The notes under the pieces are model-generated. The model saw only the letters and a list, made by a program, of their open reading frames with translations, was not told the DNA's origin and searched no databases. Source: Patescibacteria group bacterium (GTDB lineage: Bacteria; Patescibacteriota; Minisyncoccia; UBA6257; HR35). From it: a stretch of 64,000 nucleotides of DNA. A program made the position numbers and the translations under genes. Location: positions 6,879 through 70,878 of the forward strand of contig JAUQQN010000001.1 in assembly GCA_030549845.1 (NCBI GenBank). Reading direction: 5' to 3'. Positions 20,687 to 30,340 of the stretch are shown piece after piece; the first letter of the stretch is position 1; each line of letters starts with the position of its first letter.

Positions 20687-21154
20687 TTAATCATTATGAT
20701 TCTCTAATTTTATTTCTGCAATTTTTAGACCTTTATAATTTTTCACCTCTGCCTTCAGTTGTCCTGATGGTTTTGTAAAATTAAAAACAAAACCTATTGG
20801 ATAAAGTTCTTCGTTATCTTTTAATTCCTTTCTTAGTTCTTGCATATACCTTTCAACTTGTTTTTGGCTATCGATCTTAAGCTCAGAAATAGACTTTAAC
20901 TCAATAATTATCGCGATTTTTTTCTTTCCTTTTGTATACCAAACTATTAAGTCAGGGGCTCCTCTTCCAACAACATAACCATTAAAAGTTATAGGTAATG
21001 TTCTTTGAGCTTCATATTTTATTCCTTTCTCTCTTAAAGCTACTTCCATTGCTTTTTGATAAATATCTTCTTCCCAGCCTGCGCCTAATTCCTCATAAAC
21101 CCTTGCTGCACATTCTTTCAATTCATTTATTAATTCTTTAATCCCTTTCTCCAT
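20687..21154 (-). CDS. GxxExxY-family protein (PD-(D/E)XK nuclease-like)
   Basis: GWEEDIY signature near N-terminus, ~155 aa as for TIGR04256-type proteins. Confidence 0.65.
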   Translation of the reverse strand: MEKGIKELINELKECAARVYEELGAGWEEDIYQKAMEVALREKGIKYEAQRTLPITFNGYVVGRGAPDLIVWYTKGKKKIAIIIELKSISELKIDSQKQVERYMQELRKELKDNEELYPIGFVFNFTKPSGQLKAEVKNYKGLKIAEIKLENHND

Positions 21155-21294
21155 TTTTTTATTTTTTAAATTAATCCTTCAATCTTTCTACTTTGCTTTT
21201 TTTAATAATCTTTTAATAATTTATACTTTTTCTTATTTTCGTATGATTTTTAAACCAAATCAGTAATTTTTATTGGATGAATTTTTGAAACAAT

Positions 21295-21317
21295 TTTGGT
21301 AATCAGATTACGAAAAT
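21295..21317. repeat. P1 palindrome copy B
   Basis: CAATTTTGGTAATCAGATTACGAAAAT; promoter-proximal to the GxxExxY gene. Confidence 0.9.
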
Positions 21318-21365
21318 GATTAATTCCTGACTTTTTTAAATAATTACTGGAATATTTAATTGCTT

Positions 21366-21409
21366 ATAATCTTGTTTCATTAATTTAATTTTATCACTTT
21401 TTAGGAAAG
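21366..21409. repeat. Duplicate of the mod promoter and first 7 codons ('box' copy 1)
   Basis: ATAATCTTGTTTCATTAATTTAATTTTATCACTTTTTAGGAAAG matches 46173-46215 with 2 mismatches. Similarity extends ~8 nt further 5' (TTGCT[T/C]ATAATCTTG). Encodes a remnant MKQDYKQ... (mod begins MRQDYEQ). Confidence 0.85.
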
Positions 21410-21436
21410 TTTTAGGTTGGCAGATAGAAAAACAAT

Positions 21437-21459
21437 TTTGGTAATCAGATTACGAAAAT
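21437..21459. repeat. P1 palindrome copy C
   Basis: TTTTGGTAATCAGATTACGAAAATACGTAAATAAT, same extended flank as copy A. Confidence 0.9.
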
Positions 21460-21508
21460 ACGTAAATAATGTTATATTGCTAAAAAGAAAGTTATTAGTT
21501 GTTAGCTT

Positions 21509-22510
21509 CTAGTTTTTTAATAAATAGTCCCGAATCAAAGGAATTAAACGCTTCCATTTAGGTGGTAATTCTTTCCCCAAAAATGCAAAAAGATTCTCTT
21601 CGTGAATGCTATTTTGTAATATTTCTCTAAGTTGTTCCTCCTCTTCTTCTGTTATAATCCTATTTACTTTAGCTTCTTTTACAATTTCATCTATATCTTG
21701 CTTATTAAGTTTAATCTTTTTCAATCTCTCTTCGTTTTTAATTTCTTGGATTTTTCTTCTTACAGCCTCGACAGAACCAAGATTAATCAACTGATCTTTT
21801 ATTTGTTGCTTTTTAACTTCATCTGCTTGAAGGCTTTGCAGAAATTCATCAATAATCATATAACATTCCCAAGCTATTATCATATTTATAAAACCGGTAA
21901 AATCAGACAACCCTTCGGAATTTAATGAACCCGCAATATCAAGAAAACAAGCAGTAAAAAACAAATTAATATCTATACCTTTTTCTATAATATGTTTCTC
22001 GAAATTTCTAGCTGAACTACTCTGGTTAAATATTTGAAAATACACCTCGTGGCTTGAAATTATTTTTAAAAGCTGTTCATTTCTATTAATAAAATCATTT
22101 ATTTCTTCTTCTTGAGCAAATTCTTGGATAATCCTTACCCCTTCTTCGCCATGATCTTTATTGCCAATACGGTAACTAATTTGTGTATAACCTTCACTTT
22201 TCAAAACTTCTAAAGCTGCATCACTATTTCCATTAGTCCTTTGTAAATACTCTTGCCATCTATCCATAGTAAAAGGCGTTTGATTTTTTTGAGAATCTAT
22301 GATCATCATACAATTCAATTTGCCTATATCATGTAGATAAATAAACCATAGTAATTGTTCAAATGAATTTTTGACAGTAGTGGTTATTATGCTAATAACT
22401 CGATTTCTAAGTTCCTCTAATCCTGGAGGGAATTTTAAGATACTAAAATCAAAAGAACCTCCCTTAATTTCTTCTAGGGCTTGAATCATTAGACCAATAT
22501 GAGCAGCCAT
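21509..22510 (-). CDS. HD-domain phosphohydrolase-like protein
   Basis: LWFIYLHDIGK (H..HD metal-binding motif); in-frame open extension continues to 22651 without an ATG, so the true start is uncertain. Confidence 0.55.
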   Translation of the reverse strand: MAAHIGLMIQALEEIKGGSFDFSILKFPPGLEELRNRVISIITTTVKNSFEQLLWFIYLHDIGKLNCMMIIDSQKNQTPFTMDRWQEYLQRTNGNSDAALEVLKSEGYTQISYRIGNKDHGEEGVRIIQEFAQEEEINDFINRNEQLLKIISSHEVYFQIFNQSSSARNFEKHIIEKGIDINLFFTACFLDIAGSLNSEGLSDFTGFINMIIAWECYMIIDEFLQSLQADEVKKQQIKDQLINLGSVEAVRRKIQEIKNEERLKKIKLNKQDIDEIVKEAKVNRIITEEEEEQLREILQNSIHEENLFAFLGKELPPKWKRLIPLIRDYLLKN

Positions 22511-22968
22511 TACAGGACCTTCACTATGATAAGGACCTAATTGAGGAATATTTAAAGATTCTTCAACAATCTCTCTTAATTTTTGGGGTATTTTAATATC
22601 TTGAAGTTTTTCTCGAGCTAAATTAATCCAACTTTCTATATTTTGTGCTGTTAATTTCCGTGAGTCCTTTGAGCGATTTTCTTAATGAGGTTGTGGTTTA
22701 TAAATTTCGGATTGCATTTAAAAATTTATACAATAAGCTTGTAAAGTTTTTTTTGCTTAACCTATTGATGACGAAAATTTTATATAGAGTTTTCTCGGTT
22801 ATTTTTCTCTCTTTTCTTTTTTCAAGAATTCCAAATTTTTCTTCACATAAAACTCCTTTTATTAAATCCTCAAGTATTGCATTATTATATTATAACTTAA
22901 TTATTAATTAGCACAATTCTTTTTCATTACTTAACCAGTTAATTGATTTTTCGTCTTTTTCGTAAGTC

Positions 22969-22992
22969 TTTTTCGTAATCAGATTACAAAAC
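22969..22992. repeat. P1 palindrome copy D (degenerate)
   Basis: TTTTTCGTAATCAGATTACAAAAC. Confidence 0.8.
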
Positions 22993-23047
22993 CTCAAATG
23001 CGACAAATAAATCCTTTTTCTCAAGAGGCTGAGAAATTAATTATAAT

Positions 23048-23863
23048 TTAGAGAATTATTCTTAAATCATCATTTTTTAAGATAATATTTTTTGTTTTAA
23101 GGTCGAGATATATTTGAATAGCTTTGATTTTTATATCTTTCTTTTTAGCAATTTTAAGTAATTTATAGATTTTTTCATCAGCATCCTTATTTGGTTTAAA
23201 AGCATTAATATTTTTAATACCTGCGATAAAAAGGATAATTGAATTTTTTGGTTTTCTTATTAATTCTTTAATATGTTTTTGACCCCTCAAAGAGGGACAG
23301 TCAGGATACATAGCAAGATTATCTCTTTTCATTACAGCACTTTTAATTTCTAAATAATATTTTTTATTTTTGTATTGAACTAAATAATCAATTAGAGAAT
23401 TATTTAATTTTATATTCTTTTTCAATATTTTTGCTCCTTTAAGCCATGAAATCAAATTTTTTTCAACAGCAATTTCAAAACATTTCATTTGAAGTAAAGT
23501 ATCTATTATACTTGCTGAGTTTTTGTCTTCTTTAATAAAGGAAAGTCTATATTTTGTTTTTTTAGGATTTTTTAGAGGGGAAAGATAACCAATTTTTCTT
23601 TTAATTAAAAATTGTTCTAATCTTCCAGTATTATTTAAAGAAGCTTTAGTAATTTTATTATTAATTTTTACCTCGATAACAAATCTATTTACTCGTCTAA
23701 CAATTTTAGAGGGGATTAAAGAAGGGATTTTTAAAATGCTTCTCATCAAACAAAATTCTATTATAATTAATTTCTCATTATCTTGAGAAAATAAGGAAGA
23801 TTTTCGCTCTGCGCCGTTTTTACGCTGTAAAGCAATTTTTAAGTAATCTGAAGAAATATTCAA
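23048..23863 (-). CDS. sfsA: SfsA-like (sugar fermentation stimulation protein A family; nuclease-fold DNA-binding protein)
   Basis: YLEIKSAVMKRDNLAMYPDCPSLRGQKHIKELI matches the SfsA core (Y.EVKSVTL......FPDAPTERGQKHL.EL); N-terminal RFV.EV.....TKA...NTGRL. Confidence 0.7.
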   Translation of the reverse strand: MNISSDYLKIALQRKNGAERKSSLFSQDNEKLIIIEFCLMRSILKIPSLIPSKIVRRVNRFVIEVKINNKITKASLNNTGRLEQFLIKRKIGYLSPLKNPKKTKYRLSFIKEDKNSASIIDTLLQMKCFEIAVEKNLISWLKGAKILKKNIKLNNSLIDYLVQYKNKKYYLEIKSAVMKRDNLAMYPDCPSLRGQKHIKELIRKPKNSIILFIAGIKNINAFKPNKDADEKIYKLLKIAKKKDIKIKAIQIYLDLKTKNIILKNDDLRIIL

Positions 23864-23882
23864 TTAAATCCTACCAAATATT

Positions 23883-24914
23883 TTAATAAACCTGATTTAA
23901 TTCCAAATATGCTAAAGTTGCAAATGAATAAAGAAAAGTTTTAAAAATACCTGATAATAAAAGAACCCCTCCGAAAACTAATGTGCCTAATATAATTCCA
24001 ATTATAATTCCTGCTATAGGTGAAATAAAATATAACCCTATAACAAGCATTATAATAATAAAAATTGTAGGGGAAAGAATAAAATATTTAATTCCTGTTT
24101 CCAGAGCCATATATATAAGCCAAGTTAATAAAACATTTTTAGGATTAGCAAATAATAATCTTCCCGCATTCTTTAATGAACCCAAAGCTCCGTTATTTTT
24201 TATTACAATAAACCTTTCAGCAAATATATGTAATATAGAAAGATAAGCTAAGATTAATAACCATAAAATAAGTGAAATTATTCCTACAAAAATAGAAGCG
24301 GGGACATTTCTTGTAGTAAAATTAAAGTAGAGAAATAGTAAAACAAAAAGTAATAAACTAAAATCACCGAGAAATGAAATAATTAACTTCAAAAAGAACA
24401 TTCTGAAGAAATAATGAGCTCCATCTTTGAATAATTTTCTAAAATTTATTTCTTCCTCTTTTTTAATATTATTTACTCCAGAAATCAATGCAGTCTTTGA
24501 TATAAAACCTAGGATTATAAAAATTAAATAAATTGCAATTAGAATAAATATTATTTCTATATAATCCCACCAAAGGCGCCTTAAAATACTTATATAAGGA
24601 TCTTCTAAAATCAAGCTTTTCGCAGTTTCTAAACTATCATATGGAGGGTATATTGGTAATGTCTCTTTTAAAGATTCATGAATAGATGCTAAAAATTTTG
24701 TTGACCATATTGGAGGCAGAAAAAGAAGAGGGAGATTCAAAAACCCTTCTTGCTTAAATTCCTTTAATATATTTAATATATCATTAATATCAATTAAAAA
24801 TCTCAAATCAATAAAAATAAACTCTAATAAAAATGCGAATATTCCAAAGATCCAAAGAAATTTATACTTAAATGTTATTTGCCAAGCTCTTGAAATTATA
24901 TAAGAATAATTCAT
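23883..24914 (-). CDS. Hypothetical polytopic membrane protein
   Basis: ~8 hydrophobic helices, no recognisable motif. Confidence 0.45.
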   Translation of the reverse strand: MNYSYIISRAWQITFKYKFLWIFGIFAFLLEFIFIDLRFLIDINDILNILKEFKQEGFLNLPLLFLPPIWSTKFLASIHESLKETLPIYPPYDSLETAKSLILEDPYISILRRLWWDYIEIIFILIAIYLIFIILGFISKTALISGVNNIKKEEEINFRKLFKDGAHYFFRMFFLKLIISFLGDFSLLLFVLLFLYFNFTTRNVPASIFVGIISLILWLLILAYLSILHIFAERFIVIKNNGALGSLKNAGRLLFANPKNVLLTWLIYMALETGIKYFILSPTIFIIIMLVIGLYFISPIAGIIIGIILGTLVFGGVLLLSGIFKTFLYSFATLAYLELNQVY

Positions 24915-24958
24915 TTATAGAATTATAGAACAAATCAATTCCAAATTTCAATTTAATA

Positions 24959-24981
24959 GTTTCGTAATCAGATTACGGAAG
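24959..24981. repeat. P1 palindrome copy E
   Basis: GTTTCGTAATCAGATTACGGAAG, ~45 bp upstream of the 23883..24914 gene start. Confidence 0.85.
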
Positions 24982-25066
24982 ACATGTTATTTTTAGAAGA
25001 AAAATTACAAAAAAAATTTTATTTATTTAAGGGCACCTCTAGAATTTTTAAGTTCTTTTAATCACT

Positions 25067-25089
25067 TTTCGCAATCAGATTACGGAAGA
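25067..25089. repeat. P1 palindrome copy F
   Basis: TTTTCGCAATCAGATTACGGAAG, ~58 bp upstream of the 25147 (+) gene. Confidence 0.85.
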
Positions 25090-25146
25090 GAGGACTTGTT
25101 AAAATAATTTTAAAATAATTTTAATGTTAAGATAATTTTAAGCAAC

Positions 25147-26166
25147 ATGGGAAATTTTGAAAGACAATTTATTTCAGGACAAAAAAGACAGGAACGAAAA
25201 AAATCAGAAATAAAAATTACACCAGAACAAAAAGAAATTTTAGAATCTGCAGTAAAATTTGCTGAATATATAGTATCTCGTTTCCCTCAGATTGATGAAA
25301 ATCGTAGGATAATAATTGAAGTCAGTGAAGAAGGGCCTACTGTCGAACTTCCCGAGATGCCGGAATTCATAGAAACAGTATTGATGATGTTGAATTACTA
25401 TTTTTCCGGTTCTTTAGCTACAATGCTTTTATCGATGGCTGAGCAATTTACTGAAATAGATGAAAGCGAACTGCCTGGCATAAAAGAAGGTCAAACCCGT
25501 ACTATTCCAGAAAGTGCGCGAGAAATCTTAGCAACTTTTGCACGCCCTATAGGAGATTTAGATTATGTTCCTACAGATTTCTATGAAGGGAAAAGAGCAC
25601 ATGTTAGAAGTCTTTATGGAAAAGTAAGTAGTGAAGAATATCAAAAATTGTGCGCTAAGTTTTTGTGGAAAGGTGGTAGTATAGGGTTTGATGAAATTCC
25701 GGAGGAAGCATCTAAATGTCTTAAACGAGAAGCAACACAATTGAGAATATTCGTTGATCCTCTTGAATGTTATGGCGTGAAACGAGTTGCAAAAATTGTG
25801 GTTGCTGGAAAAGAATATTTCATAGCGAGACCGGATGCTATGTTTGCTTATAAAGTTTTACATTTGTTGCAAGCGTATGAACAAAAGCCGGAAAAATTTA
25901 ACGCTGATTTTAGTAAATTGTTTTCAGCTATGAAGGAAATTTACAGTGAAGACGAATTACTACAAACAGTTTTTCAAGTTCTTAAGGATTATGAAAATGC
26001 TATGGAAGCTTCTCATCGCAGATGGCATGAAGCCCTAGGTTATGAAAAGCCATACAAATCCGAAATCCCGGCTTTTTGTAAAAAAATTTTAGGCAATCCA
26101 AGCATTACACCCGAGATTAGATATGTTATTGAAGAAATTCAAAAAAAATTTACCGTCAAAGAATAA
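25147..26166 (+). CDS. Hypothetical protein with locally elevated GC content (cassette-like, flanked by P1 copies F and G)
   Basis: 339 aa, no recognisable motif; visibly more G/C-containing codons than neighbours (e.g. GAAGGGCCTACTGTCGAACTTCCCGAGATGCCGGAATTC). Confidence 0.5.
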   Translation: MGNFERQFISGQKRQERKKSEIKITPEQKEILESAVKFAEYIVSRFPQIDENRRIIIEVSEEGPTVELPEMPEFIETVLMMLNYYFSGSLATMLLSMAEQFTEIDESELPGIKEGQTRTIPESAREILATFARPIGDLDYVPTDFYEGKRAHVRSLYGKVSSEEYQKLCAKFLWKGGSIGFDEIPEEASKCLKREATQLRIFVDPLECYGVKRVAKIVVAGKEYFIARPDAMFAYKVLHLLQAYEQKPEKFNADFSKLFSAMKEIYSEDELLQTVFQVLKDYENAMEASHRRWHEALGYEKPYKSEIPAFCKKILGNPSITPEIRYVIEEIQKKFTVKE

Positions 26167-26202
26167 AATCTTACATATCCTTCAGCCACCAAAAATCTAC
26201 AG

Positions 26203-26225
26203 TTTTCGTAATCAGATTACGAAAA
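26203..26225. repeat. P1 palindrome copy G
   Basis: TTTTCGTAATCAGATTACGAAAA, perfect; sits between convergent gene ends. Confidence 0.9.
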
Positions 26226-26273
26226 TTTATTGTAATTGTAAGTAGTTTTAAAAATAAATTTTTTGTATAAAAT

Positions 26274-27539
26274 CTATAGACCAAATTCTGCTGGAAGGTT
26301 GTTTAAGATGAATTCTTGTGGTTTTTCTGTAAAAATAATTCTTTTTCCTAAAGATTGTGCAAAACCAATTTCTAAAAGAGCTGAAGCTTCAACATATCCA
26401 TCTGGATCGCAAACTATTAAAGCATCAGAGTTAATAATTGAGTTTAAATGGTAACGTTCTAATTCTAATGGAGATAAACCTTCCTTGCCGCTAAAAATTA
26501 CGAATTCTTCTCCAGGATTTTTAGGTTCAATAAACCTTGGACTAAGAACTTTAACTCCAGAAGCTTCTAATTCTTTCTTTATTTTCAAAATGTAATCTAG
26601 ATGTTTTCTAAAACTCCCACTTAAAGTTACATACCTAAACTCTTGTCTAATAACACCATTTATCAAATTAGAATCTGATGGAATAATTTTTAAAATCCCA
26701 TACTTTTCGCATATAGCTTGCGAAATAGCCGAAAAAGCTCTTGCCCCATGCATCCATTTTGGATTATCTGGCATTAAATCTTCAAGTTCTTTTAAGGTTA
26801 TCTTTTCAAAAATTTCCTTATTTTTAATTTTGTAATCATCAATTGTAATCAAAAAAGGATGATCTTCATCTTCAAATAAATTATTTTTTTGAAGTGGATA
26901 ATCGGCTAACTTCATATATGTTAATTCTCCTCCTGTTAAGAAGGCAATTTCAGATTTATTATCTAATACCGGAAGTTTTGACTCCACAAAATTTACAATT
27001 TCATCTAACTTTGTCCTAGATATATTTTCATTAATCTCAGGAAATTTAGTTAAAATTGTACCAACTCCTATGTCTAGATTCTTTCTTTCAATAGCTTCGT
27101 CGCCATACATTACTACTAATTCAGTCGTTCCTCCGCCAATGTTAATAAGCAAAATAGGTTCTTTTAAACTACATTTTCTTATTAGCGCCTTTTCAAGATA
27201 AAAATTTTCTAACTCCTGACTTATGATATTAAAATACAACCCCGTTCTTAAAAAAACTTCATCAATAAAATCTGTTTTAGTCGCTGGAGCTAATTTTCTA
27301 AAAATTCCTGTAGCATAAATTTTTATCTGGGCATTTCTATTTTGTGCTTTTATTGCATCCAAAAGTTCGAAAAGTTCTTTTTTAGATTCTGGCGAAATTC
27401 CACCTTCAGGGTCAAAATTTTCTTTAAAAAAGATGGAACGTTTTAATAATAAACTTAATTTTTGACCAGAATATTTATAAACCTTAATAGTTGGAGAACC
27501 AATATCCAAAAGAATTTTTTCCATATTTATAAAAAACAA
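26274..27539 (-). CDS. Fusion protein: Ppx/GppA-like (ASKHA) N-terminal domain plus nucleoside 2-deoxyribosyltransferase-like C-terminal domain
   Basis: N-terminus LLDIGSPTIKVYKY...ATGIFRKL resembles the Ppx/GppA phosphatase fold. C-terminus DALIVCDPDGYVEASALLEIGFAQSLGKRIIF resembles the NDT/LOG-like motif (Y.G.S...E.G.A.A.GKPI). Confidence 0.5.
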   Translation of the reverse strand: MFFINMEKILLDIGSPTIKVYKYSGQKLSLLLKRSIFFKENFDPEGGISPESKKELFELLDAIKAQNRNAQIKIYATGIFRKLAPATKTDFIDEVFLRTGLYFNIISQELENFYLEKALIRKCSLKEPILLINIGGGTTELVVMYGDEAIERKNLDIGVGTILTKFPEINENISRTKLDEIVNFVESKLPVLDNKSEIAFLTGGELTYMKLADYPLQKNNLFEDEDHPFLITIDDYKIKNKEIFEKITLKELEDLMPDNPKWMHGARAFSAISQAICEKYGILKIIPSDSNLINGVIRQEFRYVTLSGSFRKHLDYILKIKKELEASGVKVLSPRFIEPKNPGEEFVIFSGKEGLSPLELERYHLNSIINSDALIVCDPDGYVEASALLEIGFAQSLGKRIIFTEKPQEFILNNLPAEFGL

Positions 27540-27654
27540 AATTTGATTAATTTAACAAATTGCTAATCTTTTATGAAAATTATATCAAGTTGCAAATTAA
27601 AAAGGTATAATAAATAAGCTAAAATGAAGAATGAATAATTACAAAATCCTACAG

Positions 27655-27677
27655 TTTTCGTAATCAGATTACGAAAA
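27655..27677. repeat. P1 palindrome copy H
   Basis: ACAGTTTTCGTAATCAGATTACGAAAATTTATT; flank identical to copy G over ~35 nt. Confidence 0.9.
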
Positions 27678-27954
27678 TTTATTAGGTTATAAATGGAGAG
27701 AACAAAATAAAAAGCAACTAAAAAAGCAAAGATAATTAAAATGAAAATAATCTTTAGGTTTTAGAACCAAGAAAATTAACTTAGGACTAGTTTTATATTC
27801 TGGAGTAAAGTAAATTTGAACAATAAGAAAAAGAGAAAAAGAATAAAATTAAAACAATTAAAAAAGCTAAATATATTGGTTTTCGCAAAGGCTTTATAAA
27901 TATTTGAACATCCATTCAAATATTATAAATTAAAAAAATTTTTCTTATCAAGTT

Positions 27955-30243
27955 TTATTTTAATCTCAAAGCATTTAAAGCAACGATTATTGTGGATAAA
28001 CTCATAAAAATTGCACCTAAAGCTGGAGAGAGTAAAATTCCTTTAAAAGCTAAAATTCCAGCAGCAAGAGGAAGAGCAATAATGTTATAACCAGTTGCCC
28101 AAAATAAATTTTCTATCATTTTTTGATAAGTTTTTCTTGAAAGTTCAATTATTTTGACAATGTCTCTTGGATCATTCTTTACTAAAATTATTCCTGCAGA
28201 TTCAATGGCAACATTTGTTCCGGCGCCAATAGCAACTCCAACATCAGCTTGCATAAGTGCTGGCGTATCATTAATTCCATCACCAACCATCATTACTTTA
28301 AAGCCACGCTTTTGTAATTCTTTAACTTTATTTACTTTCTCTTCTGGTAAAACTTCAGCAAAATATTCATCAATGCCAAGCTCTTTTGAAACTTTCTCAG
28401 CAACTTCTTTTTTATCACCAGTTATCATTGAAACTTTAATGCCTAATTTATGAAGTCCCTTAACTGCTTCAAAAGATTCTTTTCTTATTTCATCTTCCAA
28501 AATAATTGCTCCTAAAATATTTTTCTCTTCAATTAAATAAACTATTGTTCCGATTTCAGATAAAAGTGGTTTTTCAATACCTAATTCTTTTAATAAATTA
28601 TCACCACCCAAATAATAAAGTTTACCACCAATTTTTCCCTTAACCCCTCTTCCAGGTAAATTTTCAAAATCTTCAACTTTTAAAAACTCTAATCCATCTT
28701 CTTTTGCCTTTTCCAAAATTCCTTGAGAGATAAAATGAGAAGAATATTGACTTAAAGAAGCTGCAAGTTGAAGGATTGTTAATTCTTGTGAACCTTCTCG
28801 CGAACTATTATGTGAATTTTCTCGAATATTAAATTGTCTTCCGAGGTTCGTTCCGGCGGAGGTATTTAATATCTTTTTCACTTTAAATTTTCCTGAAGTT
28901 AAGGTTCCAGTTTTATCAAATAAAACAATATCTATTTTTCTTGCAAATTCAAGCTGGAGTCTATTTCTAATTAAAAATCCATTATGAACTGCTAAAGATG
29001 TTGAAATAGCAGCAACAAGAGGAACAGCTAAACCTAAAGCATGAGGACAAGCAATAATCAAAATAGTAACTAATCTTTCTAAAGCAAAATCAAAATCTTT
29101 TTTAACTAAAAGCCAAAGAGTAAAACTTAAAAGACCAATAAAAATAGCGATAAATGTTAAATATTTTGCAAAAACATCAGCTAAAACCTGAAGTTTTGAT
29201 TTTGAAGCTTGGGCTTCTTTAATTAGTCTTTTGATACCTGCTAAAAATGTCTCTTCACCAATTTTTGTTACTTTAATTTTCAGCATTCCATCACCATTAA
29301 TTGTTCCAGCAATAACTTCTGAACCAACTTCTTTCAAAACTGGCTTACTTTCACCAGTAATCATACTTTCATTAACTTCTGATTTCCCTTCAATAACAAT
29401 TCCATCAGCGGGAATTTTTCCTCCTGGTCTTACTAAAACTATATCGCCTACTTTAATTTCTTCGAGTTTTATTATTTTTATTTCTTCTTTTTTATTAACA
29501 GAATCTTCTGCATTATCAAAGTCATCCTGCGAGCGAGAATCGGGTAGGCCGTGGGTAAATGTTTGATTTAATATTATTACTTCTGCTGTATCTGGTAATA
29601 ATTTCTCAATTTCTTGTAAAGCTCTCTGGGCTGAAGAAACTGATTTCATTTCAAAATAATGTCCTAAAAGCATAATCGTAATTAAACTTGTCAGTTCCCA
29701 GAAAAATTCATGTCCAATTTTAAATAAAACAGGAAAAACACTATAAACATATGCAGAAGATATGGCTAAACCAATTAAAGTCATCATCCCGGGATTTTTA
29801 GCCTTAAGTTCGCGATATGCACCAACAAGAAAAACAAAGCCACCATAGAAAAAAATAATTGAGCCAAGAATTAAAATCAAATATTGAATTCCCTCGAAAG
29901 ATGGCAATTTTATCCCAATAAATTTTTGAAAGACATCAGAATAAAGAATGATAGGAATAGTCAAAATTAAAGAAAGCCAAAATTTATTTAAAAAATCTTC
30001 AGCACGGTGGCCATGATGTTTATTTTGGGTCGCGAACTTCTGCGAACTTTCTCGCGAACTGATGTGAATACTACTTTCGCTAGAAACATCTTCAACTTCA
30101 ATGAGTTTCATTCCACAGACATGACAATTACCAGGCTTTTCCTGTGGTTCAATACACTGCATTGGGCAAATATATTTCTTCATTCTCAAAAATATTATAT
30201 CATAAAAATACCCCCAGGTGGTATATAGAGTTTTTAAAAACAC
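27955..30243 (-). CDS. copA: Copper-translocating P1B-type ATPase (CopA/CopB-like)
   Basis: N-terminal CPMQC...CHVCGMKL metal-binding motif, His-rich stretch HHGHRAED, TGES, CPH transmembrane metal site, DKTGTLT, GDGINDTPAL. The true start is probably the internal MKKYICPMQC. Confidence 0.85.
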   Translation of the reverse strand: MFLKTLYTTWGYFYDIIFLRMKKYICPMQCIEPQEKPGNCHVCGMKLIEVEDVSSESSIHISSRESSQKFATQNKHHGHRAEDFLNKFWLSLILTIPIILYSDVFQKFIGIKLPSFEGIQYLILILGSIIFFYGGFVFLVGAYRELKAKNPGMMTLIGLAISSAYVYSVFPVLFKIGHEFFWELTSLITIMLLGHYFEMKSVSSAQRALQEIEKLLPDTAEVIILNQTFTHGLPDSRSQDDFDNAEDSVNKKEEIKIIKLEEIKVGDIVLVRPGGKIPADGIVIEGKSEVNESMITGESKPVLKEVGSEVIAGTINGDGMLKIKVTKIGEETFLAGIKRLIKEAQASKSKLQVLADVFAKYLTFIAIFIGLLSFTLWLLVKKDFDFALERLVTILIIACPHALGLAVPLVAAISTSLAVHNGFLIRNRLQLEFARKIDIVLFDKTGTLTSGKFKVKKILNTSAGTNLGRQFNIRENSHNSSREGSQELTILQLAASLSQYSSHFISQGILEKAKEDGLEFLKVEDFENLPGRGVKGKIGGKLYYLGGDNLLKELGIEKPLLSEIGTIVYLIEEKNILGAIILEDEIRKESFEAVKGLHKLGIKVSMITGDKKEVAEKVSKELGIDEYFAEVLPEEKVNKVKELQKRGFKVMMVGDGINDTPALMQADVGVAIGAGTNVAIESAGIILVKNDPRDIVKIIELSRKTYQKMIENLFWATGYNIIALPLAAGILAFKGILLSPALGAIFMSLSTIIVALNALRLK

Positions 30244-30340
30244 TAAACTAAAATTTGAAAAAGAATGCTAAGTAAAATTAATAATAAAAAGGTTATTACT
30301 AGTCTTTGATAAGGAAAAGCCCTTCCCTGACGAAGTTGAC

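Noticed and set aside
22645-22911. 88-aa ORF in the HD-SfsA spacer
   Set aside because: AT-rich low-complexity translation with no motif. The region is better explained as promoter/spacer DNA containing P1 copy D.
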